Part shown: positions 29,421-40,828 of the stretch, piece by piece
Layout of the letters: the number at the start of each line of letters is the position of its first letter
Position numbering within the stretch: the stretch's first letter is position 1
DNA from: Candidatus Sulfomarinibacteraceae bacterium
GTDB lineage: Bacteria > Acidobacteriota > Thermoanaerobaculia > Thermoanaerobaculales > Sulfomarinibacteraceae
NCBI GenBank assembly: GCA_963796455.1
Contig: CAWCLO010000004.1
Span: 736,001 to 800,000 of the forward strand
Direction: 5' to 3'
DNA: 64,000 nt
Position numbers and translations under genes: made by a program
Notes under the pieces: model-generated
Databases searched by the model: none
Told to the model about the DNA's origin: nothing
The model's input: the letters and a program-made list of their open reading frames with translations, nothing else

Positions 29421-31722
29421 CTACCGCTGAACCACTGCCCGGGCCTCGGCGAGGTCACCATCCGTCGCTTCCGCCTGGTCACCATGCAAGAACATGAGTA
29501 CCCGTTCCGGTGTCATCGGCGCATCGAAGAACGGCTCGCGGTCCGGTCGAAAGGCCCGCATGGCATCGAGCAGCGCGAAATAGGCGCCGATGCCGTACAT
29601 CAAAGGCGGTTCACCGATGGCCTTCGACCGCATGACAGCATTGGGGTTGTCGGCGTCGGTGAGGAAATGGGCATCGATTTCCGGGACCGACAATATGTCG
29701 GGGATCTTGTATGTGCTGAGCGTATCGGTAAGACACCGGCCATCGGCGAAGAGCAGTTCTTCGACGGTCATCCAGCCGATTCCCTGGACCAGTCCCCCCT
29801 CGAGTTGTCCCATGTCCACCACGTGAATTGAGGCTGCGCCCGGCGTCGTGAACCACGCCGACCCGATCGATGGTGTAGATCCCGCGCAGACAGTCGACCG
29901 TGACCTCGACGACGGCAGTGCCGAATACGTGATAAGCAAAGGGCTCACCGCTTTCGGTCTCCCGATCGTAGTGGATCTTCGGAGTCGCGTAATGTGCCTG
30001 CTCCGACAGGCTGACCCGTCGGACATAGGCTTCCCACACCAGCTGCTCCCAGCTGAGGTCGGTTTTTTTGCCCTTGACCGCAATCGCGTCCCCTTCAACG
30101 CTGATGTTCTTCTGGTTTTTGCCGAGGATCTCCGCAGCGACCGTTTTCAGACGTCCGGCAATCGCGCGGCAGGCGATCTCGGTCGCTTTTCCGTTCATGT
30201 CGGCACCCGAGCTTGCGGCGGTCGGCGAAGTATTGGCAACGCGCAGGGTGTTGGTGGTTTCGATCGTGATCCGGTTTGGATCGATGCCGAGGTTGTGCGC
30301 CGCCACCGTGATCATCTTGGCGTTGACGCCCTGGCCCATTTCCACTGCTCCGGTGGAGAGGCTGACGCTGCCGTCGGTGTAGACGTGGACCAGGGCCGCC
30401 GCCTGGTTGAGAAAGGTACTGGTAAAGGAGATGCCGAAACACACCGGCATCATTGCCACGCCCCGCTTCGAGAGCTTGTGCTCGGCGTTGAACTCGGTGG
30501 CCCGCGTCTGCAGCGATTCGACGTCAAAGCGCTCGATCACCTGGTCGAAGGCGCGATGGGCATTGCCCTGTTGCGCCTTCATGCCGTAGGGAAACCGGTC
30601 GCCCTCGCCGAGGAGATTGGCGCGTTGAATCTCGCGCCGGTCGAGCTTCATTTTCTCGGCGGCGCAGGTGATGGCCGACTCCATGACGAACATTGCCTGA
30701 GGGGCGCCGAAACCGCGGAAGGCGGTGAACGGTGGGAGATTGGTTTTGCAGCAAAGCGCGGTCACCCTGACGTTGGGGATGAAATAGCTCCCTGTCGAGT
30801 GAAACATGGAGCGCTCGAGGATCGCCGGCGAAAGATCGGCAGCGGCCCCGGCGTTCTGGTAGTACGTGACCTCATAGGCGAGGATCTTGCCCTTGGAGTC
30901 GAGACCAATCTTGAAGTCCGAGGAGTACGGGTGTCGTTTTCCGGTCATCGTCATGTCTTCGTGCCGGGAAAGGGCGATCCGGACCGGCCGCTGAAGGTGT
31001 GAAGCTGCCAGGGCCGCGAGGGCCGCCCAGGGAGTCGCCTGGTCTTCTTTGCCGCCAAAGGCGCCGCCGAGACGGGCGACGTCGACCTCGATCGAATTCA
31101 TCGGCAGCCCGAGAACCCGAGCAACGATTCGTTGTACCGCCGTCGGCGCCTGGGTGGACGAAATGATCTTCAGCCGCGTCCCTTCCTGCGGCACCACCAG
31201 GGCGCCCTGGGACTCGAGATAGAGATGTTCCTGGCCGGCTGAATCGGCCCGTCCCTCAACCACCAGATCGCAAGCTTTCCAGGTGGCGTCGACATCGCCG
31301 TGTGAGAGGGTTCTCGAGGGAACGATCAGCGAGCCGGCGGCCGCCGCCTCACGAGGATCGAAGACACCGGGAAGCTCTTCGTATTCGATGGTGATGGCCG
31401 CCGCCGCGCGACGTGCGGTCCTCGGAGTATCCGCCACGACCGCAACGATCGGCTGACCGATGAAATGGACCTCGCCCTCGGCAAGAAGCGGTTCGTCCTG
31501 GACGATGCCGCCGATCTGATTTTCTCCGGGTATGTCGGCGGCGGTCAGAATGCACGCCACACCCTTGATGGATGCGGCCGGTGTTGTGTCCAGTCGCACG
31601 ATTCGACCGTGTGGGATCGCCGACGACAGTACCGCTGCGTGCAGGGCACCAGGCGGGTCCGGGAGATCGCCGACAAAAACCGACTGACCGCGGGTGTGGG
31701 GTCCGATCTCGTGATTGCTCAT
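29421..31722 (-). pseudogene. xdhB: Xanthine dehydrogenase molybdopterin subunit with a +1 frameshift near 29827 (pseudogene or sequence error)
   Basis: QEHLYLE, GGAFGGKE, GKRHP, TAFRGFG, GAVEMGQG, TAAS. The frame breaks at GRSLN; the C-terminus (DMGQLEGG, SKAIGEPP) continues in another frame to 29421. Confidence 0.85.
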
Positions 31723-33131
31723 GACGCCGCCAGAATCACCGAGAAGTCTTCGATATCGAAGAGGGTGTTGAAATGGGCGAGCATGAGCTGCCCGAGCAGA
31801 AGGCTTTTGTACTGGGCCGATCCTCGAACATCGGAGATCGGACTCACTTCGGATCGGGCGATCCTCGCAGCGGCAGCCGCGGTCTCGGCAGTCGGTCTCT
31901 TCCCGACCAGCGCCGCAGAGGTCTGTTGTAACTGCATGGGCACCGGTGCAACGCCTCCGGCGGCCACGCGAGCGGCAGCGATACGGTCATTTTCGATTCG
32001 TAGCGAGATCGCGGTGTTGACTGTGGCGATGTCGAGATAGGTTCGCTTGCTGACCTTTTCGAAGTTGAAATGGCAGGCGGTGCCGGGTGCGCGGAAGCGC
32101 AACCACTCAACCAACTCGCCTGGTTGAAGATCGAGCTTCTTGTAGTCGAGGAAAAAGTCATTGAGCGGCAGATGCCGGCGGTTGTCGCCGTTGATCAGAC
32201 CGATCTCGGAGTCGAGGGCGAGCAGGATGATCGTCATGTCGCCGATGGGTGATGCATTGACGATATTGCCTGCGATGGTGGCCCGGTTGCGGATCGGCAG
32301 CGAACCCATCAAGGTCATGGCGCCGGAGAGATCGCCCACCACCTCGGCCATCAGTTGCGACTGCTTGAGATCTTCGGCGGTGGCAGTGCCCGCGAGATAG
32401 ACCCATGGATCTTCTCGCCGAATCGGAACACCGCTCGGGGTCGGCAGAACATAGACGTCACCGGCGTCGAGATCATCGGGTCGTTGGACATAGAGATCGG
32501 TACCGCCGGAAATAACGACCATCGCTGGAACCGAAACCTCCGGCGGTGCGGCGGGAATCTGCGGCACCTGGCCGGCGATGTCGAGAAAATAATCCGGCAG
32601 ACAGCCCTCGGCAATCAGGGCGGGGATACGATCCTCGCGTGGTTCGACCCTGGCGCGCAGCCCATCGATGACCGTCTCCATGGCTCGGATGATGGAGGAG
32701 TAGCCCGTACAACGACAGATGTTCCCCGCCACGGCCTCGACCGCCTGATCGATACTCCACTCGGTGGCCTCGAGCAGATAACCGGCAAAGGAAACCACGA
32801 AACCAGGGGTACAGAATCCGCATTGGGATCCTCCCTCGGTTTCGATGGCTGTCTGGAATGGACTCGCTTCGGCGGGGTTCAGTCCTTCGACGGTGACGAC
32901 ATGCTGTCCATGGAGGGCACCGGTCGGCAGCAGACAGGATGTGACCGCACGATACTGCATGCCGCCGCTCACCGAGCGTCCAATCAGGATGACGCAGGAT
33001 CCGCAATCACCCTCACGGCAGGCATGTTTGACTCCAAGGAGGCCCGCTTGATCTCGAAGAAAGTCAAGGGCGGGCAGGCCCGGGTGGCCTGAGTATTCCA
33101 CCAAAGAGTCGTTGAGCGCGAATTTCAGCAT
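31719..33131 (-). CDS. xdhA: Xanthine dehydrogenase small subunit ([2Fe-2S] + FAD)
   Basis: CREGDCGSC, QCGFCTPGF, GNICRCTGY, GGTD, IRNRATIAGN..NASPIGD, KVSKR, PISDVRGSA. Confidence 0.9.
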   Translation of the reverse strand: MLKFALNDSLVEYSGHPGLPALDFLRDQAGLLGVKHACREGDCGSCVILIGRSVSGGMQYRAVTSCLLPTGALHGQHVVTVEGLNPAEASPFQTAIETEGGSQCGFCTPGFVVSFAGYLLEATEWSIDQAVEAVAGNICRCTGYSSIIRAMETVIDGLRARVEPREDRIPALIAEGCLPDYFLDIAGQVPQIPAAPPEVSVPAMVVISGGTDLYVQRPDDLDAGDVYVLPTPSGVPIRREDPWVYLAGTATAEDLKQSQLMAEVVGDLSGAMTLMGSLPIRNRATIAGNIVNASPIGDMTIILLALDSEIGLINGDNRRHLPLNDFFLDYKKLDLQPGELVEWLRFRAPGTACHFNFEKVSKRTYLDIATVNTAISLRIENDRIAAARVAAGGVAPVPMQLQQTSAALVGKRPTAETAAAAARIARSEVSPISDVRGSAQYKSLLLGQLMLAHFNTLFDIEDFSVILAAS

Positions 33132-33207
33132 GTGTTCCGCCCCGATCGTTCAGCTCGCATCGCACACCGCTTTCGAGCCCACTGAGAGTGGATCTCGAAT
33201 CAGGGTA

Positions 33208-35349
33208 TCACGACGAAAGGTGGACGTTTTTAAGGAACTCGGCGAGCTGTGGTTTCGATAGAGGCCGAGCCAGAAAGTATCCCTGGCCGTACCGGCATCC
33301 GAGGTCCACGAGGCTCTTCATCTGATTCTCGGTTTCGATGCCTTCGGCGACCACCTCGAAGGTCAGACCGAGCCCGAGACGGAGAATGGCCTGTACCAGC
33401 GCCGCAGCTCCGAGGTCGGTTTCGATCTCGTCAACAAAGAGTTTGTCGACCTTGACCACGTCGACCGGAAAGCTCCGGAGGTAACTCAGCGAGGAGTAGC
33501 CGGTCCCGAAGTCGTCCAGGGCGAGTCGAACACCGAGCGACTTGATGGCCCTCAGCTTGCTCGCGGCCTGTTCGACATCGTGCATGATCACGCTTTCGGT
33601 GATTTCCAGAACCAGTTGATCGGGATCAAGGCCCGATTCGTGAAGATCCAGGGCCAGGTTCGAAACAAAGTCCGGCTCGCGGATCGTGTTGGGAGAGAGG
33701 TTGACATGGGCGGATGCCGGGCTGGCGGCAAAGATGCCGGAGTTCAGTTCTTTGACCCGCGCACAGGTCTGTTGCAACACGAATCGGTCGATTTTCGGCT
33801 GCAGCCCCGCTTCTTCGGCCAAAGGAACGAAAGAAACGGCCGCCACCAGACCTCGAACCGGGTGATTCCAACGAACCAGGGCCTCGAATCCGTGAACCGA
33901 AAGATCCTCGAGATTCATCAAGGGCTGGAAATAGACGTCGAGGCCCTCTTGCTCCACCGCCCGCCGCAGATCCTGTTCGAGATCGAGACGGTTCATCGCC
34001 GATGCCTGCATGGATTCTTCGAAAATGGCGATCTGACCCCGGCCGCGGTCTTTGGCGGAATGGAGAGCATTGAATGCCCTCCGCATCATCTCCTCGGGTC
34101 GAATCTCACTCGAGTATTCCATGGCGATCCCGACGCTGGCGCTGAATCGAACCTCACGGTTTTCGAGGAGAAATGGTTTCTGAAGATCGCCGAGGATCCT
34201 GTTGGCGGCGCCGATGGCCTCTTCCGAGTCAGTGGCTTCGAGCAGAATAGCGAACTCGTCACCCCCGAAATGACCGACCGAATCGCCGGCCCGCACGCTC
34301 GATCGCAGGCGTTCGGCAAAGGCTACGAGGACCTCGTCGCCCGCGGTGTGCCCCAGACTGTCGTTGACCCTTTTGAAATCATCGAGATTCATGAACATGA
34401 GAACGACCGCACGGTCCGGCGGGCGCCGACGAGCGAGCGCGTTGCCGACCCTGTCGAGCAATAGCGAACGATTCGGCAGACCGGTCAGTGGATCGTGCAT
34501 CGCCTGTGTCTGGCCCTGTTGGCGAATCTTCCGGGTCGCCTCATAGGCCTCCGCGTTGGCGATCGCGGCCCCGGCCTGTTCGCCAAAGGATGTCAAGACG
34601 CGAAGATCGCGTTGGGTATATTCTCTGCCGGCCTGGGCATTGAGGCTCAGTACTCCGATAAGCCTTTCGCCTGCGGTGAGCGGAACGCAAAGCGCGCTGG
34701 TCGAGCGCGAATCGTCCTCCCCCTGGCGATAGTGCTTCCAATTGATGGTCCCGCCGATCAGGACAGCTTCGCGGTCGGCGGCCACCTTTCCGGCAATGCC
34801 CTCGTTGAGCATCACGCTGGCGCCGCGGGCAGAAGTGAGACCCGAAGAGCAGACGGTCTGGAGTTCATTGACTCCCTGCAGGGTCATGATCGATCCACCG
34901 CGGCCGTCCAGGAGCTCGATCGAGCATTCGAGGATGGTTTGAAAAACCTGTTGGATCTCGAGTCGGATATTCGCCTTTTTCCCGCCCTCGATCAGCATGT
35001 TCGTTTCACGGAGACTGTTGCTCAATCCGGCGCTCAAGACGCGTTCGTCGATCAAGTGCTGGGTCATCGAACGCAGCTCGAATTCTTTCTTGACAGCAAA
35101 AACGCTGAAAACCAGGACCACGACCATCAGCCCGAGGTAGAAAATCCCCCGGGACGAAGTGAGGTTGTTGCTGGTTGTGACCCAGAAGAGCACGTAGGAG
35201 GTGACGGCAACAATCGAGATCAGCAGGAAAAGAGTCAACGACCACATCTGGAGACGCCGCTTCTCGATGGCTTCGAGTTGCGGAGACTCTTTTTGAGTGA
35301 GCCCGGTGACGTGCCCATTTCCGGATTGTTCGACGCTGCTCGATGTCAT
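33208..35349 (-). CDS. Membrane-anchored GAF-GGDEF-EAL c-di-GMP enzyme
   Basis: Two TM helices; GAF (LCVPL...IGVL); HDPLTGLPNR, GGDEF, FEALVRW, LEITES, DDFGTGYSSL, AEGIE. Confidence 0.92.
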   Translation of the reverse strand: MTSSSVEQSGNGHVTGLTQKESPQLEAIEKRRLQMWSLTLFLLISIVAVTSYVLFWVTTSNNLTSSRGIFYLGLMVVVLVFSVFAVKKEFELRSMTQHLIDERVLSAGLSNSLRETNMLIEGGKKANIRLEIQQVFQTILECSIELLDGRGGSIMTLQGVNELQTVCSSGLTSARGASVMLNEGIAGKVAADREAVLIGGTINWKHYRQGEDDSRSTSALCVPLTAGERLIGVLSLNAQAGREYTQRDLRVLTSFGEQAGAAIANAEAYEATRKIRQQGQTQAMHDPLTGLPNRSLLLDRVGNALARRRPPDRAVVLMFMNLDDFKRVNDSLGHTAGDEVLVAFAERLRSSVRAGDSVGHFGGDEFAILLEATDSEEAIGAANRILGDLQKPFLLENREVRFSASVGIAMEYSSEIRPEEMMRRAFNALHSAKDRGRGQIAIFEESMQASAMNRLDLEQDLRRAVEQEGLDVYFQPLMNLEDLSVHGFEALVRWNHPVRGLVAAVSFVPLAEEAGLQPKIDRFVLQQTCARVKELNSGIFAASPASAHVNLSPNTIREPDFVSNLALDLHESGLDPDQLVLEITESVIMHDVEQAASKLRAIKSLGVRLALDDFGTGYSSLSYLRSFPVDVVKVDKLFVDEIETDLGAAALVQAILRLGLGLTFEVVAEGIETENQMKSLVDLGCRYGQGYFLARPLSKPQLAEFLKNVHLSS

Positions 35350-35484
35350 CGTCGGTCCCTGCGAATCAAAAATTAATGGCGTTTCGAAATAGGATAACCC
35401 GTAGTTCTTCCGGGTTTTGCCTCGTATATCTAGGGTATCACGGGTGTTGTATACGGCTCGATCGGCACGCTGATTCCGATCTGA

Positions 35485-36915
35485 TCATTGGAGGTCGATC
35501 ATGACCGCGATCGCCATGAAAACGGCAGCCAGGAGCATGAGCTGAAGGAGGAGGGGCGCCATGAATCGCAGCCACTTCTGGTAAGGGACTTTGGCGAGAC
35601 CGAGAGAGGCCATCAGGATGCCGGATGTAGGGATCACCATATTGGAAAGGCCGTCACCGCAGGTGAATGCGAAGACCGCCGTTTGGCGGGTCAATCCGAG
35701 CACATCTGCAAGTGGGGTCATGAGGGGCATGGTTACCGCCGCCTGTCCCGATCCGGAAGGAATGAAGAAATTGAGGGTTGCCTGAAAAACCAGCATTCCC
35801 TCGGCCGCGAGGTAGCGCGGAACTTGCTCGAGCACACCGGCAGCCGTAAAAATCAGGGTATCGAGGATCTGCCCGTCTTCGAGGACCACCGTAATGCCAC
35901 GGGCAAAACCGACGACGAGGGCAGCGACCGTCATTTCCTCCATACCCTTGACGACGGCACGGGTGGCCTCGGCGACGGGGAGTCGTGCGATGGCGATGGC
36001 CACCAGGGCCATGAGGATAAAACCGCCCGCCATTTCGGCCAGCCACCACCCCATTTTCTGGACGGCATACAGGATGAAAACAAAAATGCCGACCGAGGAG
36101 GCGAGGATCGCGAGGTGGGTGGCGCGCAGGGCCGGTGGCTCGACATCGAGTTCCGGTAGATCGAATGGATCGTCCGCCATGAAGGATGTCTGTGGATCGC
36201 GGCGAATCCTGGAACCGTAGCGAAGTACATAGACGAGGGTGACCAGCAGACAGCAGACCAGGAATACAAGGCGAAATCCGATCGCACTGTTGAGCGGCAC
36301 CTCTGCGATGCCCTGTGCGATGTTGACGGTGAACGGGTTGGTTGTCGCCGCCGCGAAGCCGACCGCACCCGCGACATAGACCAGGGCAACACCATAGATC
36401 CGGTCGCAGCCGATCTCCTTGGCGACGATCAAGAAGATCGGAACCAGGGGGATGAACTCCTCGCCCATGCCAAGGGTCGAACCACCAATGGCCATTCCGG
36501 TCATGAGCACGATGGTCAGAGCCTTCCACGAGTGGCGGAGCCGGTCGAGGATGGAATGGACGATGGCCGGAATGGTGCCGGTGGCTTGGAGCACGCCAAA
36601 GACACCACCGATGATGAAGACGAAGAAGATGATTTCGGCGGCCGCCGCCATGCCTCTTGGAATCGCGCTCAAAAAGCCCACAACACTCTCCGGGCTCGCC
36701 ATGGAGGGAACCTTCTCGCCAAAAACCACACCCTTGGCCGAGATGTGTTTCGGGAGGGTTTGATAGGTGTCAGGGACCACGACGGTTCTTTCGACGCCGC
36801 CAACCTGTCGAAGTTCGCGTTCGTAATTGCCGGAAGGTATGACGTAGGTCAGAAAGCTGCAGACGAGAATGATCGCGGTCAACAGCGCGAAGACATGGGG
36901 GATCTTAAGCCGCAT
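35485..36915 (-). CDS. YfcC-family membrane transporter
   Basis: KIPH...TYVIPSGNYER, GMGEE, TNPFTV.IAQGIAE, FFIPSGSGQA..TMP, GDG.SN..PT. Confidence 0.88.
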   Translation of the reverse strand: MRLKIPHVFALLTAIILVCSFLTYVIPSGNYERELRQVGGVERTVVVPDTYQTLPKHISAKGVVFGEKVPSMASPESVVGFLSAIPRGMAAAAEIIFFVFIIGGVFGVLQATGTIPAIVHSILDRLRHSWKALTIVLMTGMAIGGSTLGMGEEFIPLVPIFLIVAKEIGCDRIYGVALVYVAGAVGFAAATTNPFTVNIAQGIAEVPLNSAIGFRLVFLVCCLLVTLVYVLRYGSRIRRDPQTSFMADDPFDLPELDVEPPALRATHLAILASSVGIFVFILYAVQKMGWWLAEMAGGFILMALVAIAIARLPVAEATRAVVKGMEEMTVAALVVGFARGITVVLEDGQILDTLIFTAAGVLEQVPRYLAAEGMLVFQATLNFFIPSGSGQAAVTMPLMTPLADVLGLTRQTAVFAFTCGDGLSNMVIPTSGILMASLGLAKVPYQKWLRFMAPLLLQLMLLAAVFMAIAVMIDLQ

Positions 36916-36956
36916 CGCTCAACCGATCCGGAACAGGAGGCAATGGATGAGCACCA

Positions 36957-37820
36957 TCATTTGGTTGACTGAAGCACGTCTTCATCCTCGGCCAAGGCCC
37001 GGTTGATCATCGCCAGTGCATCGAGCGCCTCTTCCCGATGACTGGTCGCGACCTGTGTTGAAAGAGCGTTGAGCAAGACCGTCATTGCTGCGATGGCATT
37101 GGTAAACATCATATTGTCGCTTTTGACCGTCAACGCCCAACGCGCGAGGCGAGCGGCCGGCGCCGTCGGACGATCGCTGAGAGCGACCGATGGAATTCCG
37201 AGCTTCCCGACATCGCTGAGGATGTCGAGGCTTTGGCGTGAATATGGCGGCAGAGAGATGACCATCACGAGGTCTCGCTGGGTGATTCCGACCAATTGCT
37301 CGCAGGGGGATGAAAAACGGGTCGAGAGGGTTGTCGCGCGGACTCCTACCTGGAGCAGCGTATATGCGGCGAGCTCTGCAAGGAGCGCGGAGACTCCCAT
37401 GCCAAAGGTATAGACGCAGCGTGCGTCAAACAGTGCCTCGGCAACCTCGGCGAAGTGGCGCCGGTCGAGCGCCTCGACGGTACGGCCGATGTTGGTGACT
37501 TCGAGATTTGCTACCGAAGCCAGCAAGTCCTCCGCGACTTCCTCGGTCTCGTCGCCTTCGCCGTGCAGGCGATTCTGCAGGATTTCGACAAGTTCCATTT
37601 TGAGTTCGGAGAACCCCGGGTAGCCGATCCGCTGGGCGAACCTCACGACGGTGGCTTCAGAAACGCCGACCCGGCGCGCCAGTTCAGGAACCGAGAGAAA
37701 CGGCACGGTGGTCAGGTGCTCGATCACATAGTCGGCTAGCGACCGCTGCTGCGGCGGCAATTCGCCGCTTTGCTGGAGCAGTCGGTCCTTGAAGTCCATT
37801 TCTGGCTTTGCCTGTTGCAT
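36957..37820 (-). CDS. MurR/RpiR-family transcriptional regulator (HTH + SIS)
   Basis: ELARRVGVSEATVVRFAQRIGYPGFSELK; FGMGVS; SIS-like C-terminus. Confidence 0.9.
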   Translation of the reverse strand: MQQAKPEMDFKDRLLQQSGELPPQQRSLADYVIEHLTTVPFLSVPELARRVGVSEATVVRFAQRIGYPGFSELKMELVEILQNRLHGEGDETEEVAEDLLASVANLEVTNIGRTVEALDRRHFAEVAEALFDARCVYTFGMGVSALLAELAAYTLLQVGVRATTLSTRFSSPCEQLVGITQRDLVMVISLPPYSRQSLDILSDVGKLGIPSVALSDRPTAPAARLARWALTVKSDNMMFTNAIAAMTVLLNALSTQVATSHREEALDALAMINRALAEDEDVLQSTK

Positions 37821-37968
37821 CGATCCCCCGTACTCAGAGAATACTATCGCCACCCGTTCCGCGACCGCCCTTGCCGAGATCTCGAGAACTCAGCGTGGGG
37901 TGTTGACAGCAACCGTGGCACGCCGTATCTTCTCTGTATGCTATTGGAAATTTCTTCTATGTCAACAG

Positions 37969-37986
37969 ATGAAATTATCGTTTCAT
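37969..37986. promoter_or_regulatory. Palindromic operator candidate (ATGAAA-N6-TTTCAT) between the divergent rpiR and TonB receptor genes
   Basis: Perfect 6-bp inverted repeat in an AT-rich patch ~20 nt upstream of the receptor start. Confidence 0.5.
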
Positions 37987-38005
37987 TCGGAGAAGGGGAG
38001 GGATC

Positions 38006-40777
38006 ATGAAGACAAGCGCGCGGGTTCTTTCAATGCTGATGGTGTTCGGGATGGTCTTGGCGGTGGTACCGGTATTTGGGCAGGGCCAGGTGTCGGGGCT
38101 GATTCGGGGTACGGTTTCGGATTCCCAGGGGGGAGTGATGCCTGGCGTCACGGTCATCACCCGGTCCGAATCTCTGATCGGTGGCCAGAAGGTGGCGATC
38201 ACCAATGAACAGGGCACCTATCGGTTTCCGTCGCTTGCCCCAGGAATCTATGAACTCGAGGCACAGCTCGATGGGTTCCAACCGGTCCTGCAGCAAAATG
38301 TCGTGGTGAGCCTCGGCAAAAGCATCGAGATGGACCTCGTGCTCGGTGACATCACGATCTCCGACGAAATCGTCGTCATTGCCGATTCGGTCCAGGTGAA
38401 CACGATCTCCAACAGCACCGACTTCAACCTCGGAACGGTGTTTATTGAACGCCAGCCGGTGGCTCGAAACCCGACGGATCTGATGAACTATGCTCCCGGA
38501 ATTCAAAACGACCAGGCCTATGGAGCTCCGTCGACGTACCAAAACGCCTTCAACATGGACGGAATCGATGTCTCCGATCCCGAGCTCGGGTCGCAATGGG
38601 TATTGCCGAGTATGGACTGGGTGCAGGAAGTTCAGGTGGCAGGACTGGGTGCCGACGCCGAATACGGCGGGTTTACGGGCGCGGTGGTCAACGTGGTCAC
38701 CAAATCGGGCGGCAACCAGTTCCACGGCGATGTGCGGGCCTACTATTCGGGTGGAAGCCTCAACTCGGACAACGCTCCTCCGGGGGTCGAGGGCACGAAC
38801 AAGCTCGACTCCGACATCGATGTGAGTGCAAGCGTTGGTGGTGCCATCATCCAGGACAGCCTTTGGTACTTCGTTTCGGCGAACCGACGCGACATTGACG
38901 TGCAACCGTTTTACGCCGACAACGCCCCGATCGACGATCGCGCAAATAACACCGAGGAGAACACGCGAATCCTCGGCAAACTCAGTTGGCAGGCCAGCAA
39001 TTCCAACAAGCTGGTTTTCCTCCTCGACTCGGATGACAAAAAGGAAGACTATCGGGGCGTCGGGAATCTGACGCTCGCAAGCAACGCCGCGCGCCAGGAC
39101 TCACCCAATTTCGTCTACAGCCTGGGTTGGGAATCGGTGATCGGCAACTCGAACTTCGTCACCGCCAAGATTACCGGCTATTCCGGTTCCGACGACCGCC
39201 TGCCGTACAATGGCGACATCCCCGGCCGGCTCGACCGCGAGAGCCGATTCCGGTGGGACAACCTCAACAGCACCTCGAAGAAGGACGTCGAGCGCGTCTC
39301 CGTCGATGCCTCGTGGTCGCTCTTCGCCGATGGGCTGCTGGCGGCCAACGATTCCCACAACTTCAAGTTCGGGTTGGTCTATGAGGACTTCAGCGTCGAT
39401 TGGACGACTCGACGCAACGGCGGTTTCACCTACTACGACGATTCGTGGAATTGCGGGGACGACGACACCGATCCGGACGAGCAGCTGGGGATCTATTTCA
39501 ATGATCCGTTCTGTGGCGTTTTCTCCTCCGACTGGGGTGGGGAGTGGGATCTTCACGGCAAGATGGACGGTCTCCATTTCTTTGCCCAGGACGCCTGGAA
39601 GGTCGGCCGTTTCGCGGTCAACGCGGGCGTGCGCTACAGCAAATACACTGGCAGCTTTGCCAGCGGTGGCAATGTCTATGACCAGGATCTGTGGTCGCCT
39701 CGTCTCGGTTTTGTCTGGGATGTTGCCGGCAACGGCAAGGCGGCGATCAAGCTTCACTATGGTCGCTACTACGAAGGCATGACTGCCACTCTCTACGACC
39801 GAGAGGTGTCGGGCAACGCGCAGTCAGACCTTGAGTATTTTGACTACAACTCCGATACCGGCGAGTTCGATTTACCCGCGGGTGGGTCGGTCACAGCGAC
39901 CGCTGAGATGGATCCCGGCATCGGACATCCTTATGTCGACCAGTACGTGGCCACCTTCGAATACCAGATCGCCTCGCAGATGTTGGTCGGTATCGACTAC
40001 ATCAACCGCAAGAATCACAACATCAACGCGATGATCACAGCCAATGTGGATGACTATGATCCGCAGGTCGCTCCGAACAGCCTGTACAACGGCGAGGACG
40101 TGCCGTTTTTTGATCTTCTGGCACCCAACGAGAACCTCATTACCAACCCGAAGGAAGCCACCCGGAACTATGAATCGGTGGCCCTCAGGGTTCAAAAACG
40201 GTATGCCAAGGGTTGGACACTTGACGGTTCACTGGTGTGGTCCGATCTCACTGGGAATGCCGACTACGGTGTTTCCGGATACGGGACCGGCTTCGACGAC
40301 CTCAATGGGTTTGTCAACGCCGACGGCAAATTGCCTTTCAACTCCGAGTGGGTGTTCAAGGTCTCGGCCTCGGTAGACCTGCCCTGGCGGACCCTGCTGT
40401 CAGGTTTCTATCAATACCGGACCGGGGAGTATTGGACCCCGTATGCACAGTTCGATGGCCTCTTTTACAACAACCGGACCGACATTTTCATCGCCGAACG
40501 TGGATCTGAACAGTACGACGACAGATCGGTGCTCGATCTGAAATTCCAGAAAGACATCGCTCTCGGCAGCGCCATGTCGCTGGCACTTTTCGTGGATGTC
40601 TTCAACGTACTCGACTCCGACAAGGTGACAGCGGTCGAGGAGCAATGGGGTTATTACGATTACGTTTGGAACGATCATCCCGATGGCAGCGAATGGGATA
40701 ATGCCTCGTTCTTCATGGATCCGCTCGATATTCAGAATCCGCGGACCATCCGCTTCGGCGCCAAGTTCGCCTGGTAG
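38006..40777 (+). CDS. TonB-dependent receptor with N-terminal carboxypeptidase-regulatory-like domain (Oar-like)
   Basis: Signal peptide; GTVSD.QG.VMPGVTV, AEYGGFTGAVVNVVTKSGGN.FHG, QDAW, SPRLG..WD, terminal PRTIRFGAKFAW. Confidence 0.92.
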   Translation: MKTSARVLSMLMVFGMVLAVVPVFGQGQVSGLIRGTVSDSQGGVMPGVTVITRSESLIGGQKVAITNEQGTYRFPSLAPGIYELEAQLDGFQPVLQQNVVVSLGKSIEMDLVLGDITISDEIVVIADSVQVNTISNSTDFNLGTVFIERQPVARNPTDLMNYAPGIQNDQAYGAPSTYQNAFNMDGIDVSDPELGSQWVLPSMDWVQEVQVAGLGADAEYGGFTGAVVNVVTKSGGNQFHGDVRAYYSGGSLNSDNAPPGVEGTNKLDSDIDVSASVGGAIIQDSLWYFVSANRRDIDVQPFYADNAPIDDRANNTEENTRILGKLSWQASNSNKLVFLLDSDDKKEDYRGVGNLTLASNAARQDSPNFVYSLGWESVIGNSNFVTAKITGYSGSDDRLPYNGDIPGRLDRESRFRWDNLNSTSKKDVERVSVDASWSLFADGLLAANDSHNFKFGLVYEDFSVDWTTRRNGGFTYYDDSWNCGDDDTDPDEQLGIYFNDPFCGVFSSDWGGEWDLHGKMDGLHFFAQDAWKVGRFAVNAGVRYSKYTGSFASGGNVYDQDLWSPRLGFVWDVAGNGKAAIKLHYGRYYEGMTATLYDREVSGNAQSDLEYFDYNSDTGEFDLPAGGSVTATAEMDPGIGHPYVDQYVATFEYQIASQMLVGIDYINRKNHNINAMITANVDDYDPQVAPNSLYNGEDVPFFDLLAPNENLITNPKEATRNYESVALRVQKRYAKGWTLDGSLVWSDLTGNADYGVSGYGTGFDDLNGFVNADGKLPFNSEWVFKVSASVDLPWRTLLSGFYQYRTGEYWTPYAQFDGLFYNNRTDIFIAERGSEQYDDRSVLDLKFQKDIALGSAMSLALFVDVFNVLDSDKVTAVEEQWGYYDYVWNDHPDGSEWDNASFFMDPLDIQNPRTIRFGAKFAW

Positions 40778-40787
40778 GAATATATCT

Positions 40788-40812
40788 CGGGCGGCCCACC
40801 CGGGGCCGCCCG
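40788..40812 (+). other. GC-rich intergenic hairpin (weak terminator or mRNA stabiliser)
   Basis: CGGGCGGCCC-acccg-GGGCCGCCCG, a 10-bp perfect stem followed by TTTATT. Confidence 0.6.
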
Positions 40813-40828
40813 TTTATTGGAGGACCTG

